A stretch of 64,000 nucleotides of DNA from an uncultured virus (IMG/VR IMGVR_UViG_3300032050_000023). Lineage: Duplodnaviria > Heunggongvirae > Uroviricota > Caudoviricetes. Position 1 is the stretch's first letter; every line of letters begins with the position of its first letter. Under the pieces are notes generated by a model, which made no database searches, had not been told where the DNA came from, and saw only the letters and a list, made by a program, of their open reading frames with translations. A program made the position numbers and the translations under genes. Positions 30,801 through 40,200 of the stretch are shown here, piece by piece. The stretch lies in the IMG/VR virus record IMGVR_UViG_3300032050_000023. One strand, given 5' to 3'.

Positions 30801-32661
30801 CATCAACCGTAAAACCTGGTCTATCTGAAGTTCTCCAAGCTAAGTTTTCAATGGACAACATATATTTTTTAACACCGTCTCTTGTTATATTTGTAGAACC
30901 TAAACCTTTTGTTGGTGCAATATTTAAATTATAAGTTTTATCTAAAACTGAATAGGTAAATCTCCTATTCTCTGTAGTCATACCATCTGTCTTTTGTAAG
31001 TCATTGAACGTATAATACGGTGTATCTTTTGTAAAAATTCTACAATATTCAATTCCTGCTTCTTCTCCTGTTGAATTATCAATATAGGACATTACTTTAG
31101 AACCTTTAGTTATTTCTCTATAACCGTCATGAAAAACTTTACTAACTTGATTAATTGCGTTTCCTGCGTGTTTTAATCTTCTTTTCCCAAAAAGATTATC
31201 TGCAGAATTAATTAATCTTTGTGTATTATCAAGTATAGAACCTTGTTTTAATCCAAAGTTAGTTGATTCATTAAACAAGTACGGATTTGCGATTGATGGA
31301 AAATCTTCATCTATTGAGACCGCATCTCCCCCTTGTTTTACTTTGAATCCAGCGTTTTCTTTAAATCTAGGTGATGTCCATACAAAACCACCATCAGGTT
31401 TACCTCCATTTTCTGTACTTATACCGTTAAGACCAAAGAACGCTTGTTCCATTCCTGTCCCTTCATATTGGTTACCCATTTCATCTGGTCCAAATACAAT
31501 AGCATTTGTTAACTTACCAAGTGAATTTATCGGTACAGCATTTACAGGTGAGGTAATAAATAGTGGATTGTTTACATCAGAACCCAAATAATACCCACCT
31601 GTTACAGTAGCCCCAACTGAACGTAGTATTGTATTAACACCAGCTATCGCTGCGTTTCCAATACCACCAACCTGATAGTTTGGTCTATATATGTTTTTTT
31701 CTAATAAAGAATATAGTGTTGATATTTGACCTGCACCTGTTTGAGTAAGTAAAGATTTAGATGGTTGTAAAAATCTACTTGCTCCATCAGCCAAAAGATT
31801 AAATGACCCTGCTGCGGTGTTTTGTAAAACGTTTGCTATTTGGTCGCCAGTACTTGGGTTTCTATTACTATCTTCATCAGTAAATAAAGGTCCAATCAAT
31901 GGTGAGTTAGGGTCAAAGTCCCCTCTCAATCTATCTAAAAATGTAATATTACTTGGGGGTAGTGTAATTCTATAATCCTTACTTCCCCCTAAACCACTTC
32001 CAGCTAAAGCCGAAGGTGATGTAAGATTTGTACTTGTTTCTCTAAATAATTGTCTTTGTTGTTCTGCGGCAATTGTTGCGTTTAAATTATCACGTAACTT
32101 ACTCGCAGACAAATTAGCTAAAAATGAATCGTTTGATAAAGGTCCGTTACTTCCAGATGGATTAAGAACCGTAAACATAGTATATGTATTATACGTTGAC
32201 GGAGTAAAAATAATCGGATCATAATACGGTTGATGAATAGAGTTTATAAGTTGTATTTCTTCAACTGTAAATTGTTCTAAATAACCTCCTATTGGACTGT
32301 ACTTATTTTTAATGTAAGCTAAATTTTTAGATGGAAAACTTATAGAATCTAAATCACTATCTGTAAAATCATACTCACCCTCATTTGTTCCATTTATAAT
32401 AGGATTTTGTTGTGTTCCTGGAGTGTTTGGAAATCCTCCATTAGGACCGAATTTATTTAAAACGTAAAAATTATTTGCAACATTTGTTGATCCGATGTTG
32501 GGACTATTTAAAACTGAATAATCAGATAAATTACTTTCATAATTTGTAGGTCCTGGTGGTGAACTATAAAAACCTGGAACACTATATGGTGTTAGATTTC
32601 TAACTATTAAGTCGTTCCTAAATGAAGAACTATTTTGGAAACTTAAAAAACTCTCAGGCAT
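27820..32661 (-). CDS. Large baseplate/tail-tube-initiator-like protein (1613 aa)
   Basis: Tube-fold-like segments FPPYDLTFSD...ILGRPEEIHTYKNSGRSGKLGFKIIVD and APPVLVIRMGDFY..KAIPTTISFSYE; lies between the tape measure and LysM genes. Confidence 0.6.
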   Translation of the reverse strand: MPESFLSFQNSSSFRNDLIVRNLTPYSVPGFYSSPPGPTNYESNLSDYSVLNSPNIGSTNVANNFYVLNKFGPNGGFPNTPGTQQNPIINGTNEGEYDFTDSDLDSISFPSKNLAYIKNKYSPIGGYLEQFTVEEIQLINSIHQPYYDPIIFTPSTYNTYTMFTVLNPSGSNGPLSNDSFLANLSASKLRDNLNATIAAEQQRQLFRETSTNLTSPSALAGSGLGGSKDYRITLPPSNITFLDRLRGDFDPNSPLIGPLFTDEDSNRNPSTGDQIANVLQNTAAGSFNLLADGASRFLQPSKSLLTQTGAGQISTLYSLLEKNIYRPNYQVGGIGNAAIAGVNTILRSVGATVTGGYYLGSDVNNPLFITSPVNAVPINSLGKLTNAIVFGPDEMGNQYEGTGMEQAFFGLNGISTENGGKPDGGFVWTSPRFKENAGFKVKQGGDAVSIDEDFPSIANPYLFNESTNFGLKQGSILDNTQRLINSADNLFGKRRLKHAGNAINQVSKVFHDGYREITKGSKVMSYIDNSTGEEAGIEYCRIFTKDTPYYTFNDLQKTDGMTTENRRFTYSVLDKTYNLNIAPTKGLGSTNITRDGVKKYMLSIENLAWRTSDRPGFTVDELPLCERGPNGGRIMWFPPYDLTFSDTPSVNFDSIPILGRPEEIHTYKNSGRSGKLGFKIIVDHPSIMNLLVNKQLEKLGTQKFDDLVKSFIAGCTKYDLYELAAKFNTLPLRELEMYQNLLNDPRLTPEELEQIQKEIPAENTSADNANTIGNTPEDEKEFQTNFEGLTFYFQPNSTDTNYSSQITDYLSKAVEYSELAPVSYVVVSTGEPFTNTDTQAFIEDVVQSNNNKINSEFVDGIKSIVSNKNIVDITIDGKTTVFADSAKTFLTEKLQTEIDNKKVTIQTSGSLSKVTVKRYTTDVGENGASFDTSLTIDAIPPTVLSPTEVPYAYPNLAINCAVISKITISDDISSTDPTQENNLNQSTPDQTNPQGVKPQPNTDVQDRLKQAIGKKIIRRLLTECDYFEMLKDSDPMAFQTLKDKLKYFNPAFHSITPEGLNARLTFLNQCTRPGQTIPVIGSDGKPKYDDALNTSFGAPPVLVIRMGDFYHTKAIPTTISFSYESSLLDLNPEGIGVQPMVVGVTVDLKFIGGHGLAKPIETLQNALSFNYYANTEMYDERAEETELNYALVELVDKAIANATTNNEQATDGGETIGTVLTTVKSGDTETGDIDYTNVFKELSTQYKEYLEISTNQYGTIVDQYNYSMLQLVNSNRNYTSGNTLIYTETKLDTKIYGKPDEFERKVNKLAQKIKEDIDDDENPVIKAFLNSPSLAEREDIIRDAKSKLKKYVESLDKEAVENLTQPVTTIVDVEQLLLKTLNKMNVITTKELPNNPPFYPPLRGYDGKILTDGDVKLYLLVEEEEVFEQMIVDVGEVTKKLNEYADQKNNSKIVPLPTETFYDTENCFQTSKDYMNDLTDAEKRFYTLASQTFTNEDKYQILFVEFVSTPQIEQIGGAKQELTENLNDIRDKYVEIYDLDKKTIEEDKTSPAYTDLKNFTLDENANRRRLYQTIKNPTSQDIDSRRKSILKQIYGTTNWILDKKTFDGKVKLS

Positions 32662-32708
32662 TATTTTATTTTACTTATAAATAGATTCAAAAGATTTTTT
32701 TATGTTCA

Positions 32709-34712
32709 TTATTGATAATTGAATCCTTTAATTCTATTTAAAACTGTTTTTATGTTGTTGACAAATTCGTCTTTTAACACCACTGATTCTATTGTAGATT
32801 TTAACATTTCTTTATCAGTACCTGTTGGTACATTTTTCAAATCTACCATTATATCTAATTTATGATTTATATCTGTTGAGGTTTTTATTTCACTTGGGGT
32901 TGTGTTTATTGGGTTTGGCTGCATCATTATTGATGTTAATTCCTCATTTTTTAAACCCATCGATTTTAAAGTTTCTAAATTTATCGGACTTATTGTTTCT
33001 ACTGGTGCAGATACATAAGGATTTTGAGGTGATTTCATTCCTTCCATAAATTTATCAAAATCATCTTTTGTTTGTGGAAATTCTGTAGAACCAATTATAG
33101 TATCTTTAGGATTAATTCTAATTGCCCCTTCTTCACCTAACAACATTCTATTATCACCAGGAAAACTAACAAAGTCATCCGCAACCCCAAAGAATTTTTT
33201 AATACTACCAGTAAAATCTCCTAATTTTGTAATTAAACTATTTAAATTTGTATCTAAAGTATCTATTAAATTTTGCATTTCTGTAATAATTTTATCTCCA
33301 TATTCTTCAACACCAGAGATTATAGTTGGCATTTTATCTTCAATATTTTTTCCAACTTTATCTAAATAACTCAGTTTTAATTCAATCATTTTTCCCGCAT
33401 CGTCTGTCAATTTATCTAAAGATTCTAATGCTGTTGTTGCTATTTTGTCTTGGGTATTAGCCATTGTTTCTATTATTTTTTCACCTCTTTCAGAACCAGC
33501 TATTTGACTTGGGATTACAGTTGATAGGGCTGCGAGTGAATTGGCAACTTTTTCACTTATTCCCATTTGTTGTTCTATGAGTCCTTTCAGGTCTTTGTCT
33601 TCTCCTGGTTTTGCTTCAAACGTTTTTTCTATTTGGTCATTTTGTGTTTTTAAAAAATCGGCTAATTTTTGTTGTTCGGTTTGTGACATATCTTGAATTG
33701 CCTTTGTCACTTGTTGACCATCTTCTTTATATGTTACTTCAAATCTTCCATCTTTACCTTTAATTAAAATGTTTTCCAATTTTTGCATTTCCTTCTCGTC
33801 AGGAATCAAACCTTTCAATCCAGTTTCATTAATAATTTTTTGTTTGTCTTGCATTTCTTTGAAAGCAATCCCCATTTCTGACAGTTGGTTAGCATTGAAG
33901 CTTGTTCCTTTGGCAAGTTCGTCCATGAAATCCATTCCAACCGCACTCATTTTACCTGTTTCATCGACAAAGGTTGAAGCAATTTTAGCAATTTCTTCTT
34001 GTAATTTTTCAGGGTCATTTCTTGATAAAAATCTAACTCGTTCAACATCCATCAATTCTGACTGTACAATACCTAATCTAGATAACTTATTAACAAACTC
34101 TTGAGCCTGTTCAGGTTGATACAAAGATTTAGCGGTTTCAAGAGCTGCCGTCATATCCCCTCTTAACATTGAGGATTTTGCTGCCATATCGGCCAACCCA
34201 ATAACTCCGTCTTTAAAGTTGAATCTTGATAACTCTTTCAAATTTGCACCTACAAGTTTGGTAACAGTTTGAGCGTTTACTCCTATCAAATCGGCACTCT
34301 CCATTATAGTTGCCATTTCTTCGTTTGCGGAGTATATTGATTTTCCCAAGTTTACATAACCTTCGAATAGTGTTTTAGTTTCAATACCAGTGGCTTGAGT
34401 TGTTGCAAACAATTCATCTGTTGCATTCTTGTTGAGAATAATTTGTGTTCCAAACGTTTCAAATAATGCGGTTTGTTGTGCAACAATTTTTTCTAAATTA
34501 CCACCTAATCTTGTTACTTCAGTTAAACCTTCTGTAAGGGTTTGTTTTAAAAGAAATGCCTGTTCTCGACCAAACCCAATAGTATTGGCCATTTTTCCAA
34601 ACTGCTCGTCGATATTTTCAACCATGAGTTGTATACCCGTCAAGTTTGACTTTAAAGCGTCAGTAACTCCACCTAACCCAAATTGGGTTTCACCTGTTAC
34701 GAAAAACATCAT
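32709..34712 (-). CDS. Tape-measure-like protein (667 aa)
   Basis: Helical Ala/Met/Gly/Lys-rich sequence; canonical position after tube and chaperone genes. Confidence 0.65.
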   Translation of the reverse strand: MMFFVTGETQFGLGGVTDALKSNLTGIQLMVENIDEQFGKMANTIGFGREQAFLLKQTLTEGLTEVTRLGGNLEKIVAQQTALFETFGTQIILNKNATDELFATTQATGIETKTLFEGYVNLGKSIYSANEEMATIMESADLIGVNAQTVTKLVGANLKELSRFNFKDGVIGLADMAAKSSMLRGDMTAALETAKSLYQPEQAQEFVNKLSRLGIVQSELMDVERVRFLSRNDPEKLQEEIAKIASTFVDETGKMSAVGMDFMDELAKGTSFNANQLSEMGIAFKEMQDKQKIINETGLKGLIPDEKEMQKLENILIKGKDGRFEVTYKEDGQQVTKAIQDMSQTEQQKLADFLKTQNDQIEKTFEAKPGEDKDLKGLIEQQMGISEKVANSLAALSTVIPSQIAGSERGEKIIETMANTQDKIATTALESLDKLTDDAGKMIELKLSYLDKVGKNIEDKMPTIISGVEEYGDKIITEMQNLIDTLDTNLNSLITKLGDFTGSIKKFFGVADDFVSFPGDNRMLLGEEGAIRINPKDTIIGSTEFPQTKDDFDKFMEGMKSPQNPYVSAPVETISPINLETLKSMGLKNEELTSIMMQPNPINTTPSEIKTSTDINHKLDIMVDLKNVPTGTDKEMLKSTIESVVLKDEFVNNIKTVLNRIKGFNYQ

Positions 34713-34742
34713 AATATTCTTTTATAAATAAATACGGTAATT

Positions 34743-34919
34743 TTAATTTCTTCTATTCATCTCAATAACTTTCTCTACCATATAATTCCTTTGGTAGGTT
34801 GGGATTATCAAAAAATCTCTGTATGAGACATGAAGAAATTTAGAAAGAAAAATATATTGATCTAAAAGATATTTTTTATACGTCGAAGAAAGGCCGAAAA
34901 AAGTCAACCCCAAACGATA
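34743..34919 (-). CDS. Unannotated +1-frame ORF without an ATG start, overlapping the chaperone 3' end; probable frameshift extension
   Basis: Open frame ...LTFFGLSSTYKKYLLDQYIFLSKFLHVSYRDFLIIPTYQRNYMVEKVIEMNRRN*; resembles the small helical 'SxxxxxxxPxxxRxxxxxxL' hub-assembly/tail-chaperone C-terminal domain. Confidence 0.65.
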   Translation of the reverse strand, partial: YRLGLTFFGLSSTYKKYLLDQYIFLSKFLHVSYRDFLIIPTYQRNYMVEKVIEMNRRN

Positions 34920-35631
34920 TCATAGTCGATACGTTTTCTCCTGACGGGGCTATTGCGTTGAGTCTTAAATCTACTCCAGGTTCATTTTCCGATATAAATC
35001 TTTTTATATATTTTGAATCCATAATTGGCATATTTTGTATAAAATCAATTATCGAAGATTTATCTCTACTACCATTAAGTTCTACAATCTGTTCTTGTAA
35101 TGTCCAAACTGTTGTTGGTGTTACTCGACCTTTCAAATATGTAGATTCCATTTTGGTTATTTTTTGTTTTTCACCTAACGTCAAAAGTTTAAGTTTGACT
35201 TTAGCATTACTTTTTGGTAATGTTGTTTCAAATAGTCCTTCATTGTCAGGATTTACTTTTGGATTTTTGAAACTTAATTCTTCCAAACTAAATGTGTGGT
35301 CAAAAAGTTTTCCTGTTAATGGATCTGTTAATTTAACAGTATATTCAGGTCCGAATGATGTGTTTCTAAGAAATATTAATATTGCTTCAATATCTCCATC
35401 TAACATTTCTTCAGGTTTCAATTCAGGTTCATATACTTTATTTCTTAACAAAGTTACTAATAAGTTGTTATTTTTCAAACCTGATGAAAGAGCGTCTTCG
35501 TCACTTGCATTTAAAAAACCTACTTTGACACTTGATTTTTTTGATTTATAAAAAATACCTTTTGATGGTAATTCAATAACATCATGTGGTATTGTAAAAT
35601 TCATTTGACCATATTTTATTTCATCTTCCAT
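34876..35631 (-). CDS. Baseplate hub assembly / tail assembly chaperone (T4 gp26-like)
   Basis: IELPSKGIFY, DIEAILIFLRNTSFGPEY, LPKSNAKVKLKLLT, MPIMDSKYI and C-terminal GVDFF; two-fold internal repeat as in gp26. Confidence 0.75.
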   Translation of the reverse strand: MEDEIKYGQMNFTIPHDVIELPSKGIFYKSKKSSVKVGFLNASDEDALSSGLKNNNLLVTLLRNKVYEPELKPEEMLDGDIEAILIFLRNTSFGPEYTVKLTDPLTGKLFDHTFSLEELSFKNPKVNPDNEGLFETTLPKSNAKVKLKLLTLGEKQKITKMESTYLKGRVTPTTVWTLQEQIVELNGSRDKSSIIDFIQNMPIMDSKYIKRFISENEPGVDLRLNAIAPSGENVSTMISFGVDFFRPFFDV

Positions 35632-35646
35632 AATCTTTTTGTTAAA

Positions 35647-35674
35647 AATATAATTTCATGTATTTTTATGTAAA
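35647..35674 (-). promoter_or_regulatory. Possible sigma70-like promoter for the chaperone gene
   Basis: TTTACA-N16-TATATT; same -10 hexamer as the SSB and polymerase promoters. Confidence 0.4.
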
Positions 35675-35706
35675 TAAAAAACCCATACACAATATGTATA
35701 TGGGTT
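35675..35706 (-). terminator. Intrinsic terminator after the tail tube gene
   Basis: Minus strand AACCCATATACA-TAT-TGTGTATGGGTT-TTTT with a G.U wobble. Confidence 0.7.
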
Positions 35707-35727
35707 AATTTTAATGTTATATTATTT

Positions 35728-36216
35728 TTAGTAAACCAAAATTGCTCTATCCATTTTCAGAGTGAAGTTAACTTCACTCAAACCGTCTCCTGTGTAACCA
35801 AGAGAACCACCATCATATCCTAATGGAAATGCGTTAACCAATAACCATTTTTCGATAACAACACCCGTAGGATCTAACATTTCTAAATCTACATTTCTTT
35901 TATAACCTGCAGCATAACCCATACGTCCTGTAACAGATTCTGCAACCAATCTAACCCATTCCATAACCGCTTGGGTGGTTGAAGGACCGATTGGGTCTAA
36001 TAGTTTCACTGCAATTTCACCCCATGTGAACGAACCAGCAACATATGTTTCTGTATTTAAGAATTTAATTGCTTGTGAACCTATTGTAATTTTAGGTCTC
36101 GATGCTGTTTGTACTACCCACTCATTGATACCCAAATCGGTTGGGAATCTCATTAAGAACCTATTCTGTCTTTTTGGTTCGTAAGGTATGGGCATTTTCA
36201 TTAAAAGATCAGCCAT
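35728..36216 (-). CDS. Tail tube protein (T4 gp19-like)
   Basis: EPKRQNRFLMRF, RPKIT, WGEIAVKLLDPIGPS..QAVMEW, YKRNVDLEMLDPTGVVIEKWLL..AFP. Confidence 0.88.
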   Translation of the reverse strand: MADLLMKMPIPYEPKRQNRFLMRFPTDLGINEWVVQTASRPKITIGSQAIKFLNTETYVAGSFTWGEIAVKLLDPIGPSTTQAVMEWVRLVAESVTGRMGYAAGYKRNVDLEMLDPTGVVIEKWLLVNAFPLGYDGGSLGYTGDGLSEVNFTLKMDRAILVY

Positions 36217-36279
36217 GTTGTATTATTTTTTTTTCTTAGTTTATTTTATTATAAATATTAGTTAAAAAATTTTTTCTAT

Positions 36280-37200
36280 TTACTTCCTTTTATTTTGAAC
36301 TAATCTTCTACTAGACCAGTTTTCATAAATATTTTTTTCTCCTCCTTTTGTTAAATAAATATTTAAGTTTTCTTTTTCTTTATCACTTAATTTATTTTTC
36401 ATTGAATGGACATTTCTTTCGTCGTCATCTGAAAAACCAAATTTTGGTTCAACAAATTTAAATAGGTTACCTCCCACAGAATCATCTCCCGAACTAACGT
36501 GGTTAATAAAATAGGATTTCTGAAATTTTTTTGATGACCTTCTCTGATTTGTCATAAATCTTTTTATTTCTCGTATTTTCGCTTCCTCTGGATTTGCAGC
36601 AGAACCTGCTCTGTATGAAACAGGTGAGAATTGACATCTCTCTAAATAATCGTTAATTAACCAATTCTCATTTTCTACTTGTTTTAACCCAGCTCTTCTT
36701 CTATATTCTTTTAAATTTTTTATTAACTGAGATTTCTCAATTCCATGCATATTGTTTTCTATAAGATATTTGACAGCTCTTTTTAGAACTGATGGTGTAT
36801 GTCCTCTTGCTGTAATAATCGCAAACACACTTCCATAGTTGATAGCCTCTTTAAAGTCATTCCACACATCTTGTGATGCGATTGGTGCGTATTTAATATC
36901 TTCTAAAAATTTCCTGTCACCTGAAACTCCAAAATCTCTATATGGGTCTTTATCAAAACCTACTATCATATGACCTTTATAATTGAACGGTTCTTGACCT
37001 ACTAAAGTTCTGTATTCAGCAAAATCTTCAGTGGACATACCAATAACGTCACCATCTTCGTCTTTTAAATAAATAAGGGTCGGCATTTCCATTAAATTAT
37101 CATCCCAATCAAAAGCATAATACTTAAGACCATATTTTAACATATTTTCTTGAGTGACCTCTGAAATAATACGTTTTACTATTTTTTTGTAATTAAACAT
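36280..37200 (-). CDS. HAD-superfamily phosphatase-like protein
   Basis: Motif I AFDWDDNL, motif II IITARGH, motif IV GFSDDD. Confidence 0.75.
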   Translation of the reverse strand: MFNYKKIVKRIISEVTQENMLKYGLKYYAFDWDDNLMEMPTLIYLKDEDGDVIGMSTEDFAEYRTLVGQEPFNYKGHMIVGFDKDPYRDFGVSGDRKFLEDIKYAPIASQDVWNDFKEAINYGSVFAIITARGHTPSVLKRAVKYLIENNMHGIEKSQLIKNLKEYRRRAGLKQVENENWLINDYLERCQFSPVSYRAGSAANPEEAKIREIKRFMTNQRRSSKKFQKSYFINHVSSGDDSVGGNLFKFVEPKFGFSDDDERNVHSMKNKLSDKEKENLNIYLTKGGEKNIYENWSSRRLVQNKRK

Positions 37201-37222
37201 ATAATATAAATATTAACAAAAT

Positions 37223-37248
37223 AAAAAAAGGGGAATTTATGTTCCCCT
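37223..37248 (-). terminator. Intrinsic terminator after the tail sheath gene
   Basis: Minus strand AGGGGAA-CATAAA-TTCCCCT-TTTTTT. Confidence 0.75.
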
Positions 37249-37269
37249 CTTTCTTTGTTTTTATTTTAT

Positions 37270-40200
37270 TTAAACATCTTCGAAAGATGCTCCTGTTGGT
37301 GTTATGTAGAATGTTATATCAATAAATTCAAGTGAACGTGTTGGTTTGATATAAATTTTACCAGTCATTTGATTTCTATCTAAATCAGCAGTGTCGTTAG
37401 AAACTGTAACTCGGAAATCGTAAAGACCTCTGTCTCTTCTTATACCGTCAAGAATTGGATTAACCGCATTTAAGAAATCTTGTCTTACTTTTTCATCGTT
37501 TTGGTCAAACAACAACCTTACTGAAACCGCTGAAATTAATTTACGTGCTTGTAATAACAATCTTCTTACGTTAATTCTATCAAGTGCAGACTCTCTAACT
37601 TGTAGGGTTTTGTTACCCCAAATTACAGTACCAACATCTGAGAAAGTTGCAATTGGGTTAATTCTTCCTAAATATAGAACATCTCTATCTTCTTGTGTTA
37701 ACTTTTTACGTGCTTTAATTGAATTAACAATACCACGAGTGTAACCCGCCGCTGCGAACCAAGGGAATGCTATATTATCGGTCAACGCTAAGTTTCTTGT
37801 AACTTCTGCCGTTGGTGGTATATAGATTTGAGTGTTATTAACACTGTCTCTTGTAAGAACCCAAGGATAGTAAGTTGCGGTATAATTGGAATCAATTCCA
37901 GTCTCTTCTAAATTGTCAACTGCTTCTTGTGGGTAAATAAGACCGTCAGCTCCTGTTGTTGTAGGAAGTAAAAGGTTATAATCTGGAGTTGTTGTTATAT
38001 ACAATGAATCCGCTCTTTCTGTCTCAATCATTTCTATTGTAGACTCAACCAAATTACTATTGTTAACATAGTCAATACCTGGAGTTACAAATAAATTTAT
38101 ATTAACCGCTTCAGGATTAGAGAATGTTCTGATACCTAATAGATATGCGTAGTAGTCAGTATTTGCATAATCAGTTGTACCGTCACCAACAGAGATTTGT
38201 TTAAACGCTCCCCAACCAACTGCGTTTGGATATCTTGTAGTTGCACAAGCTCCGTTTAAATAACCTGTTCTACCTAAAACATATTTATCTTCATTTGTTC
38301 TTCTTTCACGGTATATATCCCATCCATCAAAACCTCCTTGTACTAACAAGGTAAATTTACGTGCAAATAATCTGTAATATGGGTTTGTATCAACAACAGG
38401 TTCAGAACTAAAGTCCGCACTACCAACGTAAAATCTTGGTTCACCACTTGTTGAGAAACCGTTAGAAATTGTTATACCACTTGCATTTTTATCCATGTGG
38501 AATCCTCTTGTTCTATATAACCAAGGTGACGATTCAGTTGCAAAACAAATGTTTGATGGATTTCTTTTACCCACATATTCGAAGAAACTTGGGTCGTAAC
38601 CATAATCAGCACTTGTTGAGAAACCTAAGAATGTTTTTCTTATGTTATCACCAGAAGATAATCCCGCATCATCAGTTCCTGAAGGAGTTCCAAACGGAGG
38701 ATTGAATACTAATTCTCCTGGAAAATCATACTTAGTTTTGAAAATTGGGAACGGTGATTTTCCTCCGCTATACTCTCTAAAGTTATAACCTTCGAAACCA
38801 CAAGGTAAAGCATCTATTGGTGCATCCTCGTTCATTTCTACCATAATATATCTAGATTTGAGTTCAAACTCTCCATCTAATGTACCTACCTTTTTAGCAA
38901 TAAAATTATTTTCTTGCGGATTCATTGAACAGTTAGTGTACTTTTCTAAAACAACAGGGTTTGAGTCTGTATCATAGTAATCTCTCACTAACACGGTAAA
39001 TGTTTCGTTTGCGAAAGATATATCTGAAATAGAAATTTTAACTTCTGTGTTTGCACTGTTACCGTCAGATATAGTGTAAAATTTGAAAAGGTTATAAACT
39101 TTAGAACCTCTTACTTCTGATACTACCCAAGGACTTTCAGGTGATTGATATCTTTCTAAATACCAACCAATTGATGTTGGGTCTTCACTTTGTGCTTCAG
39201 GTAAAGAGATTAAATCACATTTTAAACCTCTAATATATCCTTTGTTGTATGCCCATCTCAACATTGTTTGGAATCTTTCCTCAACAAAAAGTGGTACGAC
39301 ATTTCTAGGTTTTCCAAAGTTGTTTCCACCGAAAACTTTTGATATATATTCTGAATCACTTGTAGAGAAAGATGTAACAAACGTGAAGTTGTTACCTAAA
39401 TAGTTTGTTGCGTTTATAGCAAATTTAGCAAACGGGTTTTTAAGTACACTTTCATATTGACCTGTACAATCCATAGTTACGTCAGTTATACCAGTAATTT
39501 CATATCTTGGATTATTTTCATCACTGTATGTAGATATACCTCTAGATCTCAATGTCGCAACAACCAAATCATCATAATTTGTATACGCCATACCCGAATA
39601 AACATATATCATACCTATCATTGTACCCGAAAAACAATCCACCACAGTTGTAGTTGTTGTAGTTGTGGGAACAACAGGAGTTGGGGTGATACAAGGATTT
39701 GGTGTTGGTTCGGGTGTTGGTGCTGGTGTAGTTGTAGATGTTGTTATTGGGTTTATATTAGTTAAACCACTAACTACTGACCAAAATGAGAACCCTGAAT
39801 ATTCCGCATTACCGATATTTTCAAACAAAGCATAATACCATGTATCATTAAATGGTGATGTGAAGTCAGTCAAACTTGCTGATGGTGACGGAACATTAAA
39901 AACATTTGTCGATGCAGTATATCCACTTGAGAGTATGTCATAATCATCTCCATCGATACTACCAAAATATGCTATAGATGTTTCTTCAGTTGCCGGATTT
40001 AATATTCTTTGATACGCAAAAAACTGTAAATCACTAAGTAATGTAGATGTATTACCATTAAATTGTTCATATTGTTCGTTTAATAATACTTCTATTTCAT
40101 CAGGAAAAGATTCAAAAATTACAGATGAAACACCATTAGTACATCCTGTAAATTCTACAGTGAAAGGAATTGTTTTAGGTAAAATACAAACTGGTTCACA

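Noticed and set aside
30347..30934. 195-aa antisense ORF, and similar plus-strand ORFs such as 34958-35551, 33769-34104 and 49399-49719
   Set aside because: Fully antisense to well-supported genes and without recognisable motifs; expected from codon-bias mirroring.
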